Source: Dipteris shenzhenensis
Lineage: Eukaryota
Direction: 5' to 3' (one strand)
DNA: 64,000 nucleotides
NCBI GenBank assembly: GCA_047967505.1
Contig: CM106538.1
In this document: one piece after another, positions 24,901-35,299 of the stretch
Position numbering within the stretch: position 1 is the first letter of the stretch
Layout: each line of letters opens with the position of its first letter
The notes under the pieces: generated by a model
Told to the model about the DNA's origin: nothing
Seen by the model: the letters and a program-made list of their open reading frames with translations, nothing else
Databases searched by the model: none
Position numbers and translations under genes: made by a program

Positions 24901-27900
24901 CTTTTGTTTTATCGCTGCTGGTGGTCAATTGTTTGGAAGTTAAACTTTTTTTAAGGAAATGTATTTTCTGAGATGAATAAATTTGTGCTGGTTCACCTGT
25001 TGTACTTTTTTTTGGCCACTGTTTCTATGACTCCCCTTGCACAGCTGGCTTGCCCTGGTATCAAATTTCAGTCCACGGAATACTGGAGCATCCTTTTATT
25101 GATTGGTGGCTGCTTTGGCATAGTCTTGGAGTCACCTAAGACGGCAACCTCAGTCCTTATGGACGAAAGGCTTGTTCAGCAGTAGAGGGCCAATCTGCCA
25201 TTCCTTCAAAGGCTATACTAGAGACCCTGAGTGGAGGTGTGATCGGTCTTCAATGAGTGGAAGTCACATTTCTCTCAGGATAGTTTGGGAGTTAGCCACT
25301 TGGTTTTCATGATGCAGACTTAAGGGAAAGGGAGAGGATCGTCCATGAAGTAAACCCTTCTACAGTCTCCCCGGTGAAATCCTACTCTAGTAGCCACTAA
25401 TCCTCCATTTATATGTGTTGAGATTTTTTGTCAATGTGAAGGGCAGTCCCGGCAGCTGACCACTCTATGGGGGATTACCTCGTACAAAGCGCTGAACAAG
25501 TAGCCACTCTGGTGGTTTATAATGCCATATTATACCACCATCTATGAAATGAATGAAGTGGCCTGGCTCCCATATATTGATAAGGATGCATCATTTTTGT
25601 GTGAGAGAGAGGAGCAGACAAGCTGGGAGCAAAGAGGTGGAGAGCAAAACATTGGAGATGTAATAGATAAGAGATAAGATACAAACAAGAGTGGAGGTGG
25701 TTTTGTCTAGGTGACAAAACCACACTAACCCACCGTGGTTAGGGGGGGAAACCTCTAGTGAGGGAAAAGTGCAACTCACTTATGGATTGCATTGGTCACT
25801 GCGTAGAATATGGCAATAATTCTAACACCCCCCTGCAGTGCCAATGTGATGATGTACAAGGAAGTGATCAATCACCAAAAGGAGATAAGTTCAGGACACT
25901 GCGAAATGCCTCAAACTTCTCACCTGGAAGTGCTTTGGTAAAGATGTCTGCAACATTGTCATGTGTTGACACATAGATCATATTGATCTCCCCTGCATGT
26001 AACTTCTCTCTAACATAATGATAATGAACCTCAATGTGCTTCGTGTGAGCATGAAACACAAGATTCTTTGCCACTGCTATAGCACTTTGACTATCAGTGA
26101 GAATCGGAGAAGGACCCTCCAATGAGAGATGAAGATCAGCAAACAAACGACGCAGCCAAACACATTCAACTGTTGCTGTGAAAGCTGCCTTGTACTCAAC
26201 TTCACATGAGGAAGTAGCCACAATAGATTGTTTCTTGCTCAGCCAAGAAATGCAAGCTTTGCCAAAAAAGAAACAATTTCCACTTGTGGACTGCCTAGTG
26301 TCATAGTCTCCAGCCCAATCTGAGTCATTGTAAGCATGCATCTATAAGTCACCATTAAGGAAAGCTGTTTTTATGTCCAACTGATGAACATTCCAAACGA
26401 AAGTTGCAGCCATTGCAATAACTGATCTGATAGTGGTCATCCGAGATGTAGGAGCAAAAGTCTCCTCATCATAATCTATGCCCTTTTTGTGAGCATATCC
26501 TTTGGCAACCAGATGTGCCTTGTACCAATCAATGGACCCATCTGGCTTCCTTTTCACTTTTGGTACCAATGGTATGTTTTCCTGGTGGTAAATCCACAAC
26601 ATCCGAAGTCTGATTTTTCTCAATGGACTGCAATATTTTCAGCCAGTATCTCGTCTTGAGATTCTTGACTGCCTCAAAGACTGGGTTCTTCAATCGGACG
26701 ATTGTGTTTGTGATGCACTACTATTAGTTGATATCGTGGTTGCATCATTGTATAAGGTTTTGCTGCCTCCCCCTTGGGTTTCTCTTCATGCCAATTGCAT
26801 TTGGTCTATGACATGCATCTCTCGGCGGTGCTGGAAAAGATTGCAACACATTTGGGCTTTCAAACTCTCTCTTTGGCAAAAGTTCTTCTTATGGCACATC
26901 GTGGTTGGGGTTCTTCCCTTCAAACAGATCTTAGCTCATCATCATATTGCTTCTGCTACTTGTTGCTCGATGATGTCTATCTACACGGGAGTCTATGCCT
27001 CATCTATTTTGGCATTGCCGAGAGTCTCATGATTTCTTGCTTCGACTACAGCAATGGTTTAGGGTTGTGTCCCGGGTGCTTCCTTTGGCAAGAATTTCAG
27101 GCTGTTTGGTTCTCTTGTGATGGCAGCATGGTTATGCTCTCCTTTTTTATTGGTTTCGTTATTGGGCACTATGGACCCAATGGAAGGACCACAATCATCA
27201 GGTCTTTGGTGATCCCTCTCTGGCTAAATATCAGTTCTTCTGAGCATCCTACAATGATTGTCTATACGCGCGAGATCTAGACTATCCCGTCTTCTTGTCA
27301 TATAATGACATCTTTTGATGTTTGTAGCTGGTTGTGCCTTTCTTTGGGATGGTTCTTTGTATTATAATGACCAATGGATTTCACCCAAAAAAAAAGGGTG
27401 TGTATGTGTGCGTGTGTGTATGTATTAAATAAAATGGCAAGGTATGTTTATGCATGAATATTTTCCTTTATCGTACCACCTAGTAAAGTATTACTTAATT
27501 AGGGTCTTGAGGGGGACTATTGAATAGGAGAAATAAGGAGGGGGACTTGCCCATTCTAGGCTATCATTTTCAAAGGATGGAAAGTGTCACCCACTTAAGT
27601 TACCATTTTTTAGGGGGGGTCCTTTAAAAAAGCACTCATAATAGCACTACGCAATGTGAGCTCGTATTTGCTTTGGATATGTCCAGATGCGGGTGTCTTA
27701 TTAATACTGATTTGCATAGAGTAGGAGAGTCCCTTGAAAGGTTTGAAATTTTCCTCTCAATACAAATGCATGGGGCTTATAAGTGGGTTTGGAGCTGGTG
27801 ATGGTATTGGCACATAGCTCCACTAACTCTGGCTATTACCCTCCAAAACCCCTCTAAAGTCCTATTGTATGGAGGCTTTCTCAAAGGTCTCAAGGTATAG

Positions 27901-29821
27901 GAGATCTTTGCTTGAGACCCACCCACACACTCCTCACTACAGTGGGTGAATTGGGAATGTTTGCATTTCTACAGGCCTCTTCTTGTATATGATCAAGAAG
28001 AGCTGATTTCCGGCCGTGCATTATGGATAGGTCTCAACTTGGGGACTTTGGGATAGGTACCTCGATGCTTATGCTCCAACATGTTGGTAGCAAACAGTAC
28101 CTTAGTCGACTAGTTGCTCACTGTCATGACTCTTTCCCCCCCCAAAAGTATACCTTCTATTATATGCTTTGAAATCAGCTCTCCATGAGGCATTGATGAG
28201 AAAAGGAGAAGCTGACCCGCCTTGCAGCCCATGTTGCCAAGTTCCACTACACAAGTGCTAGAAACCAGTGCAGCGGCCTATACAATCAACTGGTGTCTGA
28301 ATCTATGGGGATGTAAATGATGCCTACATGCCATGCCACACAAATGACACTTTGTCAATTTTTGGAACCCTCACTACCTTACTTTCAGATTGCTCATGAG
28401 GGTATATGATGTCTATCCAAAATGCTAATGAGAGTGGTAGTACGCCGGATCTACTTCCCCAATTACAAGTTGCACTGTGCTGCTTAGATGTTCTAGGTGG
28501 CAATGCTAGCAAATTTGCTCAGATTTGTCAAACACCAAAAAGAGCTCTTCCTCCCGATCTACAAATAGAGTCCGTGCAATAAAATCATGGAACGCAGCTC
28601 TTGCTGAATCCACAGAAGTCGCGATCAAATAGGGATGGAGGGAGTGAAAAAGTTTTGAGAGTGGAAGTTTCTAAGGCTCTCTAAAAGTGAAAGTCAGAAT
28701 TGAATGTTAAATTGCCTCTTGCCTCTCTATATATATATCCAAACCCTAAAATTAAAAACATTAAATCCAAAAATCCCAAAAATTTTGGAAAAATTTGCAA
28801 TGTTATATGTTCTAACTCTTTTATTTGTTTTCTATTGTCAAGTGAATTTTTTTGGGGGTCCTGAACAGAAGTAGGGGATCTAACTTTGTCTCTAGGGATC
28901 AGGAATCAGGATATTTGAGGTCTATAAGATGTAGAAAAAGGTAGAGATTTTTGTTACGCTCTCGTGGTAAATCCTGAAGCACCATTCTGAAAGAAACTTT
29001 GATGAATGTGTTTGTCTTAGGCAAGTGGCAGGTGGGAGAAGCGACAAGCGCGAGCTGTGGTATGTATCTATTGTGGACTACTTAGTTGTGCTTTCCGGTA
29101 ATGATGCCTGCAGGGCAGCTGCCTGAAAAGTCTTGGAATGAAGGTTGGCGGAGATGACACAGGGTGGCTTCTGTATGAAAGCTTGCGTATAGGGCTTATA
29201 CCTTTCCTTTCTATAATAATGACTGAGATTGGAGATGCTTGTCTGAATGATGCAGGAACGTTTCAAAATCAAAATGATGATGGGAAAAAATAAGAATATG
29301 ACTGGGCCATGGTGGCAAAACTTGTGGAAGGAAGCGCCTGGTGAATGCGATCCACAAACTCCTGGAGGAACTAATACACGAAGAACTCCAGGTGGACTCT
29401 TTACTGGTGCTCATCTGCTGATTTCAACGATGAAAGATTTAAAATGGAGCTAGTGTTTGGCCATTGAGAATGCCTTCAAAATATAGTCTGCATATGAAAA
29501 CGTTTCGACATGTACAGCAAGTTTCAAAATGTTTCTATCTCAAATAAACACATTTTGTTACCATGTGAGGACAGCTTGCTGCTGCTCCACCTTGCACTAA
29601 ACATAGCTGTCATACTGCTACTAAACTCCCTTGCTTTTTTTCCCCCAGTGGATGAAGAGGTGCAACAGAGAGCTGCAAAAGCTGCTGCAGCAGCAAGGAG
29701 ATGGAGAGAGTACTCCAGAAAGGGTGTCGATCAAAGGCCTATTTATAATCTTCCCACAAGTTCTCTGTCTGAAGGTAAGAATGAAGGCAAAAGCCAGTCT
29801 CCAGAGATGGTAAAACGATGA
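928..29821 (+). CDS. DJC77: Chloroplast J-domain + 4Fe-4S ferredoxin co-chaperone (DnaJ-Fer, DJC76/DJC77 family; closest in my recall to Arabidopsis At2g42750/DJC77). 5' exons lie outside the window. Exons: 928-1056, 1328-1457, 1633-1753, 11789-11870, 24133-24186, 29021-29059, 29256-29340 (or -29391), 29649-29821
   Basis: GT-AG exons splice in frame to give [26 protein letters not shown] (J-domain HPD) ... [13 protein letters not shown] ... [13 protein letters not shown] ... AIDTCPVDCIHW (CxxCxxC...CP ferredoxin motif) ... [51 protein letters not shown]...WWQNLW ... [29 protein letters not shown]. Confidence 0.92.
3300..5217 (+). mobile_element. Degenerate RTE-X-like non-LTR retrotransposon (ORF2/RT remnant) in the DnaJ-Fer intron
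   Basis: Frameshifted RT motifs: NPRFDDEC (~3323), [29 protein letters not shown] (~3840), [12 protein letters not shown] (~4090), [13 protein letters not shown] (~4248), LLYADDIVL (~4375), [13 protein letters not shown]. Confidence 0.8.
4788..4973 (-). mobile_element. 186-bp retroposed insertion (5'-truncated LINE end or SINE) inside the RTE-X remnant
   Basis: Flanked by a 14-bp direct repeat GGGTG(T/C)GATATCTT at 4774-4787 and 4974-4987; T-run at the left end (poly-A on the minus strand); the RT translation ...WGCDI resumes as GCDILRTEW... after the insert. Confidence 0.75.
5218..5608 (-). repeat. 3' LTR of the gypsy element
   Basis: Minus strand: polypurine tract AAAGAGGGAAGGAA (5609-5622) is followed immediately by TGTTAC at 5608; the left end is placed tentatively at TG 5218. 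Confidence 0.6.
5218..11090 (-). mobile_element. Ty3/gypsy chromovirus-type LTR retrotransposon, decayed; gag-PR-RT-RH-INT-chromodomain, with only the 3' LTR recognisable
   Basis: Minus-strand ORFs: gag with [13 protein letters not shown] knuckle and protease LFDSASTHN (8735-9736), [30 protein letters not shown] (7693-8492), RNase H LETDASG...ELELYAV (7159-7608), integrase zinc finger and core (6490-7029, 5621-6538), C-terminal chromodomain [15 protein letters not shown]. Several stops and frameshifts. Both boundaries are approximate. Confidence 0.92.
11095..11360 (-). mobile_element. Small degenerate L1-type RT fragment
   Basis: [18 protein letters not shown] resembles the L1 RT QxGFVxGRSIxDNV motif. 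Confidence 0.45.
12700..14420 (-). mobile_element. Decayed Ty1/copia remnant (gag, protease, GAG-pre-integrase)
   Basis: Minus strand: degenerate knuckle [13 protein letters not shown] (~13820-13860), protease [14 protein letters not shown] (~13460-13502), HKRLGHANY (~13205-13232) followed by FCEHC. Confidence 0.7.
14856..15134. repeat. Possible copia-like LTR fragment or solo LTR
   Basis: Starts TGTAG and ends CTAACA, with LTR-like length and composition; no clean TSD. Confidence 0.3.
15670..16470. repeat. Tandem duplication: two ~330-bp copies plus a partial third copy of a ~120-bp core
   Basis: TTCACAACAATTAGGTATCCAGCT...TTTAACCAACAGCAGTC recurs at ~15680, ~15833 and ~16163; ORFs 15928-16200 and 16258-16536 are near-identical. 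Confidence 0.9.
17492..19480 (+). pseudogene. L1 ORF1 (RNA-binding), frameshifted near 18120-18480
   Basis: MATPCSEPE...[19 protein letters not shown]...GRGIFWLKL...GKIIMIVPW (DUF4283-like); Pro-rich C-terminal half ending just before the ORF2 ATG. Confidence 0.75.
19492..23889 (+). pseudogene. L1 ORF2 (endonuclease / reverse transcriptase / zf-RVT), interrupted
   Basis: Consecutive ORF fragments 19492-19980, 20653-21657, 21686-22708, 22962-23276 and 23313-23657 carry the canonical motifs, separated by TAG stops and frameshifts. Confidence 0.9.
24219..24550. repeat. Tandem duplication, 2 x 165 bp, just downstream of the 24133-24186 exon
   Basis: AAGAATATGGAAGCGTT at 24221 and 24386; the two copies align throughout with few substitutions. 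Confidence 0.9.
25435..26720 (-). mobile_element. Truncated Ty1/copia element: RT N-half, RNase H, PPT and 3' LTR (25435-25827)
   Basis: [37 protein letters not shown] (26342-26623); YNDSDWAGD...STSG...SWLSKKQ...[14 protein letters not shown]...ADIFTKAL (25868-26341); G-run PPT followed by TGTTAG at 25827 on the minus strand. Confidence 0.9.
26720..27290 (+). mobile_element. Degenerate L1 ORF2 3' fragment (zf-RVT region)
   Basis: [29 protein letters not shown]...ATC motif typical of plant L1 C-termini. Confidence 0.6.
27294..27420 (+). repeat. Short dispersed repeat, copy 1 (copy 2 at 50710-50860)
   Basis: CTTGTCATATAATGACATCTT(T/C)TGATG...AGCTGGT...TTTCTT.GGGA...GATTTCAC followed by a (TG)-rich tail in both copies. 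Confidence 0.7.
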
Positions 29822-30779
29822 AGTGTGTCTTCTCTGCAGTAGGGGTCTCTCCAATGACAAGGTGTACAAACGTTATAGATGGCTATGATGTATATTGTTG
29901 GCTGAACTGTCTTCTAGGTATTGCTAGGTAACTTCTTATTCCAATGAAGCATTGCTCTTCCCAAGGGCACTAATTATGCTGCATTCTACAGGAACTTCAA
30001 ACTTTTTACTCATGAATTCGAGTTCATGCTCTATTGATCTTTATAAGACTTGTCTAATTGTCTTTCATAAACTTGTCATGTTAATATTTTCATAGATGGA
30101 TTTTATTTTATTTCATTGTTTTGGCAAAATATAAATCTTTGTATTATGCTGAAATCAATACAAGGTCAGCTGTCTACAAGGGTGCTGTAATATCAAGCCT
30201 ACAGGCTGCTTCACTGCATGTCTGACTCATTGCCTATGATAACCCTGTAATAGCTGCCAGGAATCAATAGGGGAACATCGGATGCCTCATTTATCAAAAT
30301 GTAAGTGGTGGCTGCAAGCCACGACTTATAAAACTCTCACAACAAGTAGATGTCCTATGAGAACCCCCTTGCTCTTGGTCCATACAGAACACAACATGTA
30401 TTCACCACATGACCAATAGGGAGGCTGCTGCTCTTATCTGTTGTCCACCGTTGCTAGGTTATTGTGAGCTAGTCAGATGTCTCAAGCATTGAGTTAAGCA
30501 ATGGCATATGCCATCTCTGCTCATTTTCTTTGACTAAGGGCATATGGGTGGTCCTGTATGGACCACCGAATAGGAGAGATTACAGCTTAGATTACACCGA
30601 TGCTAGACATAAGTCTCTATTAGTTGTTGAGAGTATTCAGCTTGAAGGTCCTATTCCCTTAGAGCAGCTCTCTAAGGTAGTGAACAGCCCCCAAGGATCA
30701 CTAACAAATATGTAAGACATAACTTAGGGGTATAAGGCGTACATAAATACCCCTTGGGCAATCACACGTGCTATATGGG

Positions 30780-31200
30780 GTTTTTACATAGTGGACCCTC
30801 CGGTGAACAGCGTGAAGGATGGGAAAATACTAGGAGACAAGTGAAATTTCACGAATGCTTTGGGAACTGATTATGCCTAAGCTCCTCCAAGTCTGAAATA
30901 CAGCATATTCTAAGAACAACCCTGGTCTACATATCAATAGGGGTATGATCAAGCGATTTCCAAGGAAGGGGATAAAAGCATCTTGAAACATTGGAGACCC
31001 TTATCCATGTTGAATTGTAGCTATGAGATCGTTTACAAAACCTAGATTCTTGGTTTTATTGAAGCAACTCTTGTATATTTCGTCTATATGCTGTATAGTA
31101 GATTGCATAACCTCATTGTGCCACTATGAAGCCAATTGTAGGCAATGCATACATGAGCCATAAGTGCATGAGTCATAATGCATGTGGAGAGGCGAGCCAA
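30780..31200 (+). mobile_element. Degenerate L1 RT fragment
   Basis: PKEGDKSILKHWRPLSMLNCSYEI motif at ~30960-31030. Confidence 0.55.
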
Positions 31201-31579
31201 AATTCCATCGTTTGCACTTTTCTCTTGAATTTTGAACTGAATGGGCTTGTTGAATACACATGAATTTTGGAATTTCTTGATTTGTGTGATCTGCACTCTT
31301 GGCAAGATGGCTATTGCACGAGGCAACTCCTTGATCTAGTTTTTGGAGATTTTCATATATTGTAGATGTTTTGGGGCTGATTTGCCCATCTTTTTGAGAT
31401 CAAGTTCAAGGAGGTGGCTCAATGCTCAAGAGGATGAGCAATGTAGATGATGCATAGGACATAGAATTCTATTGTCCATAGTTTGGTTGGATCCCAGATT
31501 CATAGGTGTCAGTGGGTACTTTGGTCGAGTTTTAGGGGACAAGCGTTGCTGTTTTTGTTCTTCACAATCCACAGCGATA

Positions 31580-32751
31580 CTCTCTGCCCCCCCTCTCGTA
31601 GCCTCTCTGCCCCCCCTCTTGTAGCCTCTCCGCTCCCCTCCTCCCGTAACCTCTCCGCCCCCCCTCCCGTAGCCTCTCTGTCCCACTCCCGTAGTCTCTC
31701 CTCCCGTAGCCTCTCTGCCCCCCCTCCTGTAGTCTCTCCGTCCCTCCTCGCGTAGCCTCTCCTAGCTGGGCTGAACCCCCAGCCCAACTAGGGGTTAGCT
31801 CAGCCAGGGGGTAACATGAGATATGGCTAGCAAAGCATGGCCCAGCCTACCTTCCTCCTCTTCAAAAACCCCTTCCACTCCAGCAGCCTCCAGTAACAAA
31901 GCCAGATACTCCACAGTGGCAGCTTGGACGCCTTCCTCGTATGCACATATATATGAACGAGGTGGTCTTTTTGACCGACCAATTCTTGGATATCATGAAC
32001 AATTTACTTCCTACAGGATCAAGTGAGAGAGCTGAGGATGTAGCTAATAGATGCCATAGCTAGAATTCAAGTCTTGGGAGGACCTAGTAACAAGAAAGTC
32101 ATTGACGAGGTTATAAAGTCATGCAATGCTTCCCCCCCTACCCCCCAACTAGTCTCTGCAGTCAAGAATCTAGTTCATACTGAAATGCAGATAGCCAAGC
32201 AAGAAGTGACTGTGGAGTTTGATGCAAAGGCCAACAAAGCCGATATTCAGGAAGAGATTAAAGAACATGTAGCTAGAAAGGATAATGCTTTGAAAATCAT
32301 AATTGGGGGGCTTCCAGATGGATGGTATAAAGAAGATGAATCTTTTAGTGATACCTTAGCACATGTCCAAACAGCCATGCCTACTGTTGATTGGACAGCA
32401 GATGCCGATGACAATCCTAACAACCCAGATGATGACGGTGAAGCTCGAGTAGTTCATATCGATCAACATAATGGCCATGCTATCATTACGTTCAACTCAC
32501 GAGACATACGTATAAAAGTTTTGCGACAATCTCAAAAGCTGAAAGGGACGAAGATATGGATAGCCGAGGAACTCACCATGAAGGATAAGGCAAAGGAATT
32601 AGCAAAGGTTTGGGTTGCCAGGAAGGATGGTAAATGGGCAGTCTACCGGGACGGGATAGCACTCATTAGAGAGTTTAAATCAAAACCAAAAGACTCTCAG
32701 TCTCAAACTGATCTAAGGCCAACTATATATATGTGTGTATGTTTTATCTAG
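31580..32751 (+). mobile_element. LINE 5' end with C-rich leader and ORF1 of the coiled-coil/RRM/CTD (Transposase_22-like) type, likely RTE-X related
   Basis: C-rich repeats 31580-31760, then ORF pieces 31823-32026 and 32074-32751 with KIIIGGLPD...IITFNSRDIRIKVLRQSQKLKGTKIWIAEELT...ARKDGKWAVYRDG. Confidence 0.6.
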
Positions 32752-35299
32752 GCTACAATATAGGTACTCTTCTAAATAAATGGAGCTGCTTTTGCACTCC
32801 TTGGGAGCTGCCCTACGCCCTCCCTAAGCTGATGTACTAGATGGCTTTCATGTTGTCCCATAGACCTCTTGGTCTCCCGTGGACGTTAATAGACTTTCTT
32901 TCTTTCTTTCTTTCTTAGACCGTTGGGAGTGCTAGTTTGACATTTAGGACCTTGCTTCACGATAGAGTATTTTCTCAATTGAGGATACTACCTGGCACCT
33001 CCTCACTTCCATCTTATGTCTATATTGTCCAATTCATTGAATATGTGGGGCTTAATGCCGCATATACATCATTGACCCAAATGGACAGAGGGCAGGAGTG
33101 TCTAGACTATAGATTCTCAAAGACTCTCTTCGGTCCATCTCCTTGGATCCCTTGTGGATATTGTACTTATTCAAGAACATAAGCTGTCTCGCAGGCCAGG
33201 ATTGAAAGATGACAATTTGGAGTTGCCACCAGATGGGTTGCAGACATCATTCATGTCACATTAGTGGAGACAAGGGTGGTTTACATCATCATTCAACTCG
33301 AGAATACTATTGTGGGTATTCTCAACGTGTTTGCTCCCACTATACAGGGCAGAGACGTGTCTTTTGGAGGTAGCTTATGGTAGTGTGGGACCATCTCTTA
33401 CTCCATGCTAGTCTTGGTTGGATGACTAGGCACATGTTTAGAAGTGAGAGGAAGGCTAACACCTTTCTCATACTTTGCCTCAGACCCCTCTCACAGAGTC
33501 ACACTTACCCAACTACTGGGTGGGAAGGTTTTACACTAGCAAAGGTTTATACAACCATATACTGTGTCAACCCCCCCCCCTCCTTACTCTCATGATGGTT
33601 AGAATCAATGAGGGCATCCTGCATGGGTTACAAAGATTTTAAAAGTGGACAAATATTCAAGGCAACTCCAAGGTTATCACTAGATGAAAGACTTGCTTCT
33701 CCAATAAGATTGGAAGGACAAAGAAGCAGCGGAGTTAACTCCTATTTGACATGAGCCAGCTCAGTGATATATTTCATGATGTTCCAACCACCAGGCTAGT
33801 TTAGGACACTCACATTAAGTCCAAGCCAGCCCTGTTTGAAAATTGACGGGTATGGCTAATGGAGATAGGAAGACAATCAATAGGCAGAAAGGAAGGTGAC
33901 ATCTAGCAAGGAGAGGGGACTAGCTAGGGGGAAGCGGAGTGAGTTGAACGTGAGGATGAAGAAGAGGGGGTGAGGATTCGGATCATTATTTGTACGAGGA
34001 TGAAAAGGAGAGTGAGGGGTGACAAAGGCTTGAGCTATGAGCTCGCATGGTGTATCAGGATTCTTGTTGAGATATTTGTGTACTTTGATTGAAACTTGGT
34101 GACCCTATTGTTCGCTTCTCTTCCGCTAGCACGTGCATCTTAGAGCATGAGCATTGTTTTTTTCCTTGTGTTTGTCCAATTCTTCTTTTTCTTGGGGTTC
34201 TATTCCATCTTGCACGTGCACCATCATCGGCACCATACTCTATTCCATCACATTTCATAGTTGCACCATCACCGCGCAATCCATTGCACCATAGCATGTG
34301 ATGCCATCACAACACCCAAAGTTTCGGGTAGCACACACTTCTTGCACCTCACACCAGTGGCTTGCGGCATTGAGTAATATCTTCGAAGGAGATCTGACCT
34401 CCCCTCAGATAGTTTATGGCGATCATAGTGGGACATTGTTGGTGTTAAGCAGCAAAAGTGAAGCGGTATTCTAGGCTCTTAGGGGAGAGAGATGTTATAA
34501 CGAGTAGTTCTGATAACCTTGAGGAGCAAGAGAGAACAGAAATGTACTTGAGAAGAGTGGAGAGAAGGATTCCTATAGACCAAACACAATATAAGAAGCA
34601 TTATGTGAGAAAAAAAATCAAAAAGTCCTCAAGTTGAGCACAAAGTGAACCTATTGGAGAAGTTTTCAGAGCTAACAACTTCATTGAAACTCTCATTGAC
34701 TTAAACCAACATGATCTGTGGTGGTCAAGACTTTGATGGGGAAGAAGAAGTGTAAGCAAAGAGCATGTGAAGGAGGAAGGGACGAATGATGAGGACTCAT
34801 AAGGAGGTCACCAAGGTCAAGATGACATCCCTTTTTCTCTTGCAACTATGTCTTTATCAACAACCACTTCGATGTGATTGGTGACCGCTTCAGACGTGGC
34901 AAATTGGTCAAGCTACTATTTGATCTATTATGCACAGTCTATGTTTTATGCCCATTGCACCTCTTGGCTCTCATTTTTATTCGATCATTTCCCTAGCATC
35001 GTCCTTGAATGTTCCACCTCCTCTCTCATCTACGTTACCCTTCCCCACTATCTCTATCCTTTCAGACTGCTTAGCCGTCATTCATGACTTCCATTACATC
35101 TTTCACATTCCCAGCAGCCGCTCTTGCATCCTCATTGAGGTCCAAATCCTCTATGTTCTCACCACACCACATTTGCATGAAGGTTCCTTTAGCACCGGTA
35201 GTACCTTCTTTGTATCCTTCATCTATGGCTACATCAGTAGTGACTTCATCATTGTGATCCTCCCCATTAGTCTTGTTTCATCCATCGCTGCCTCTCCAC

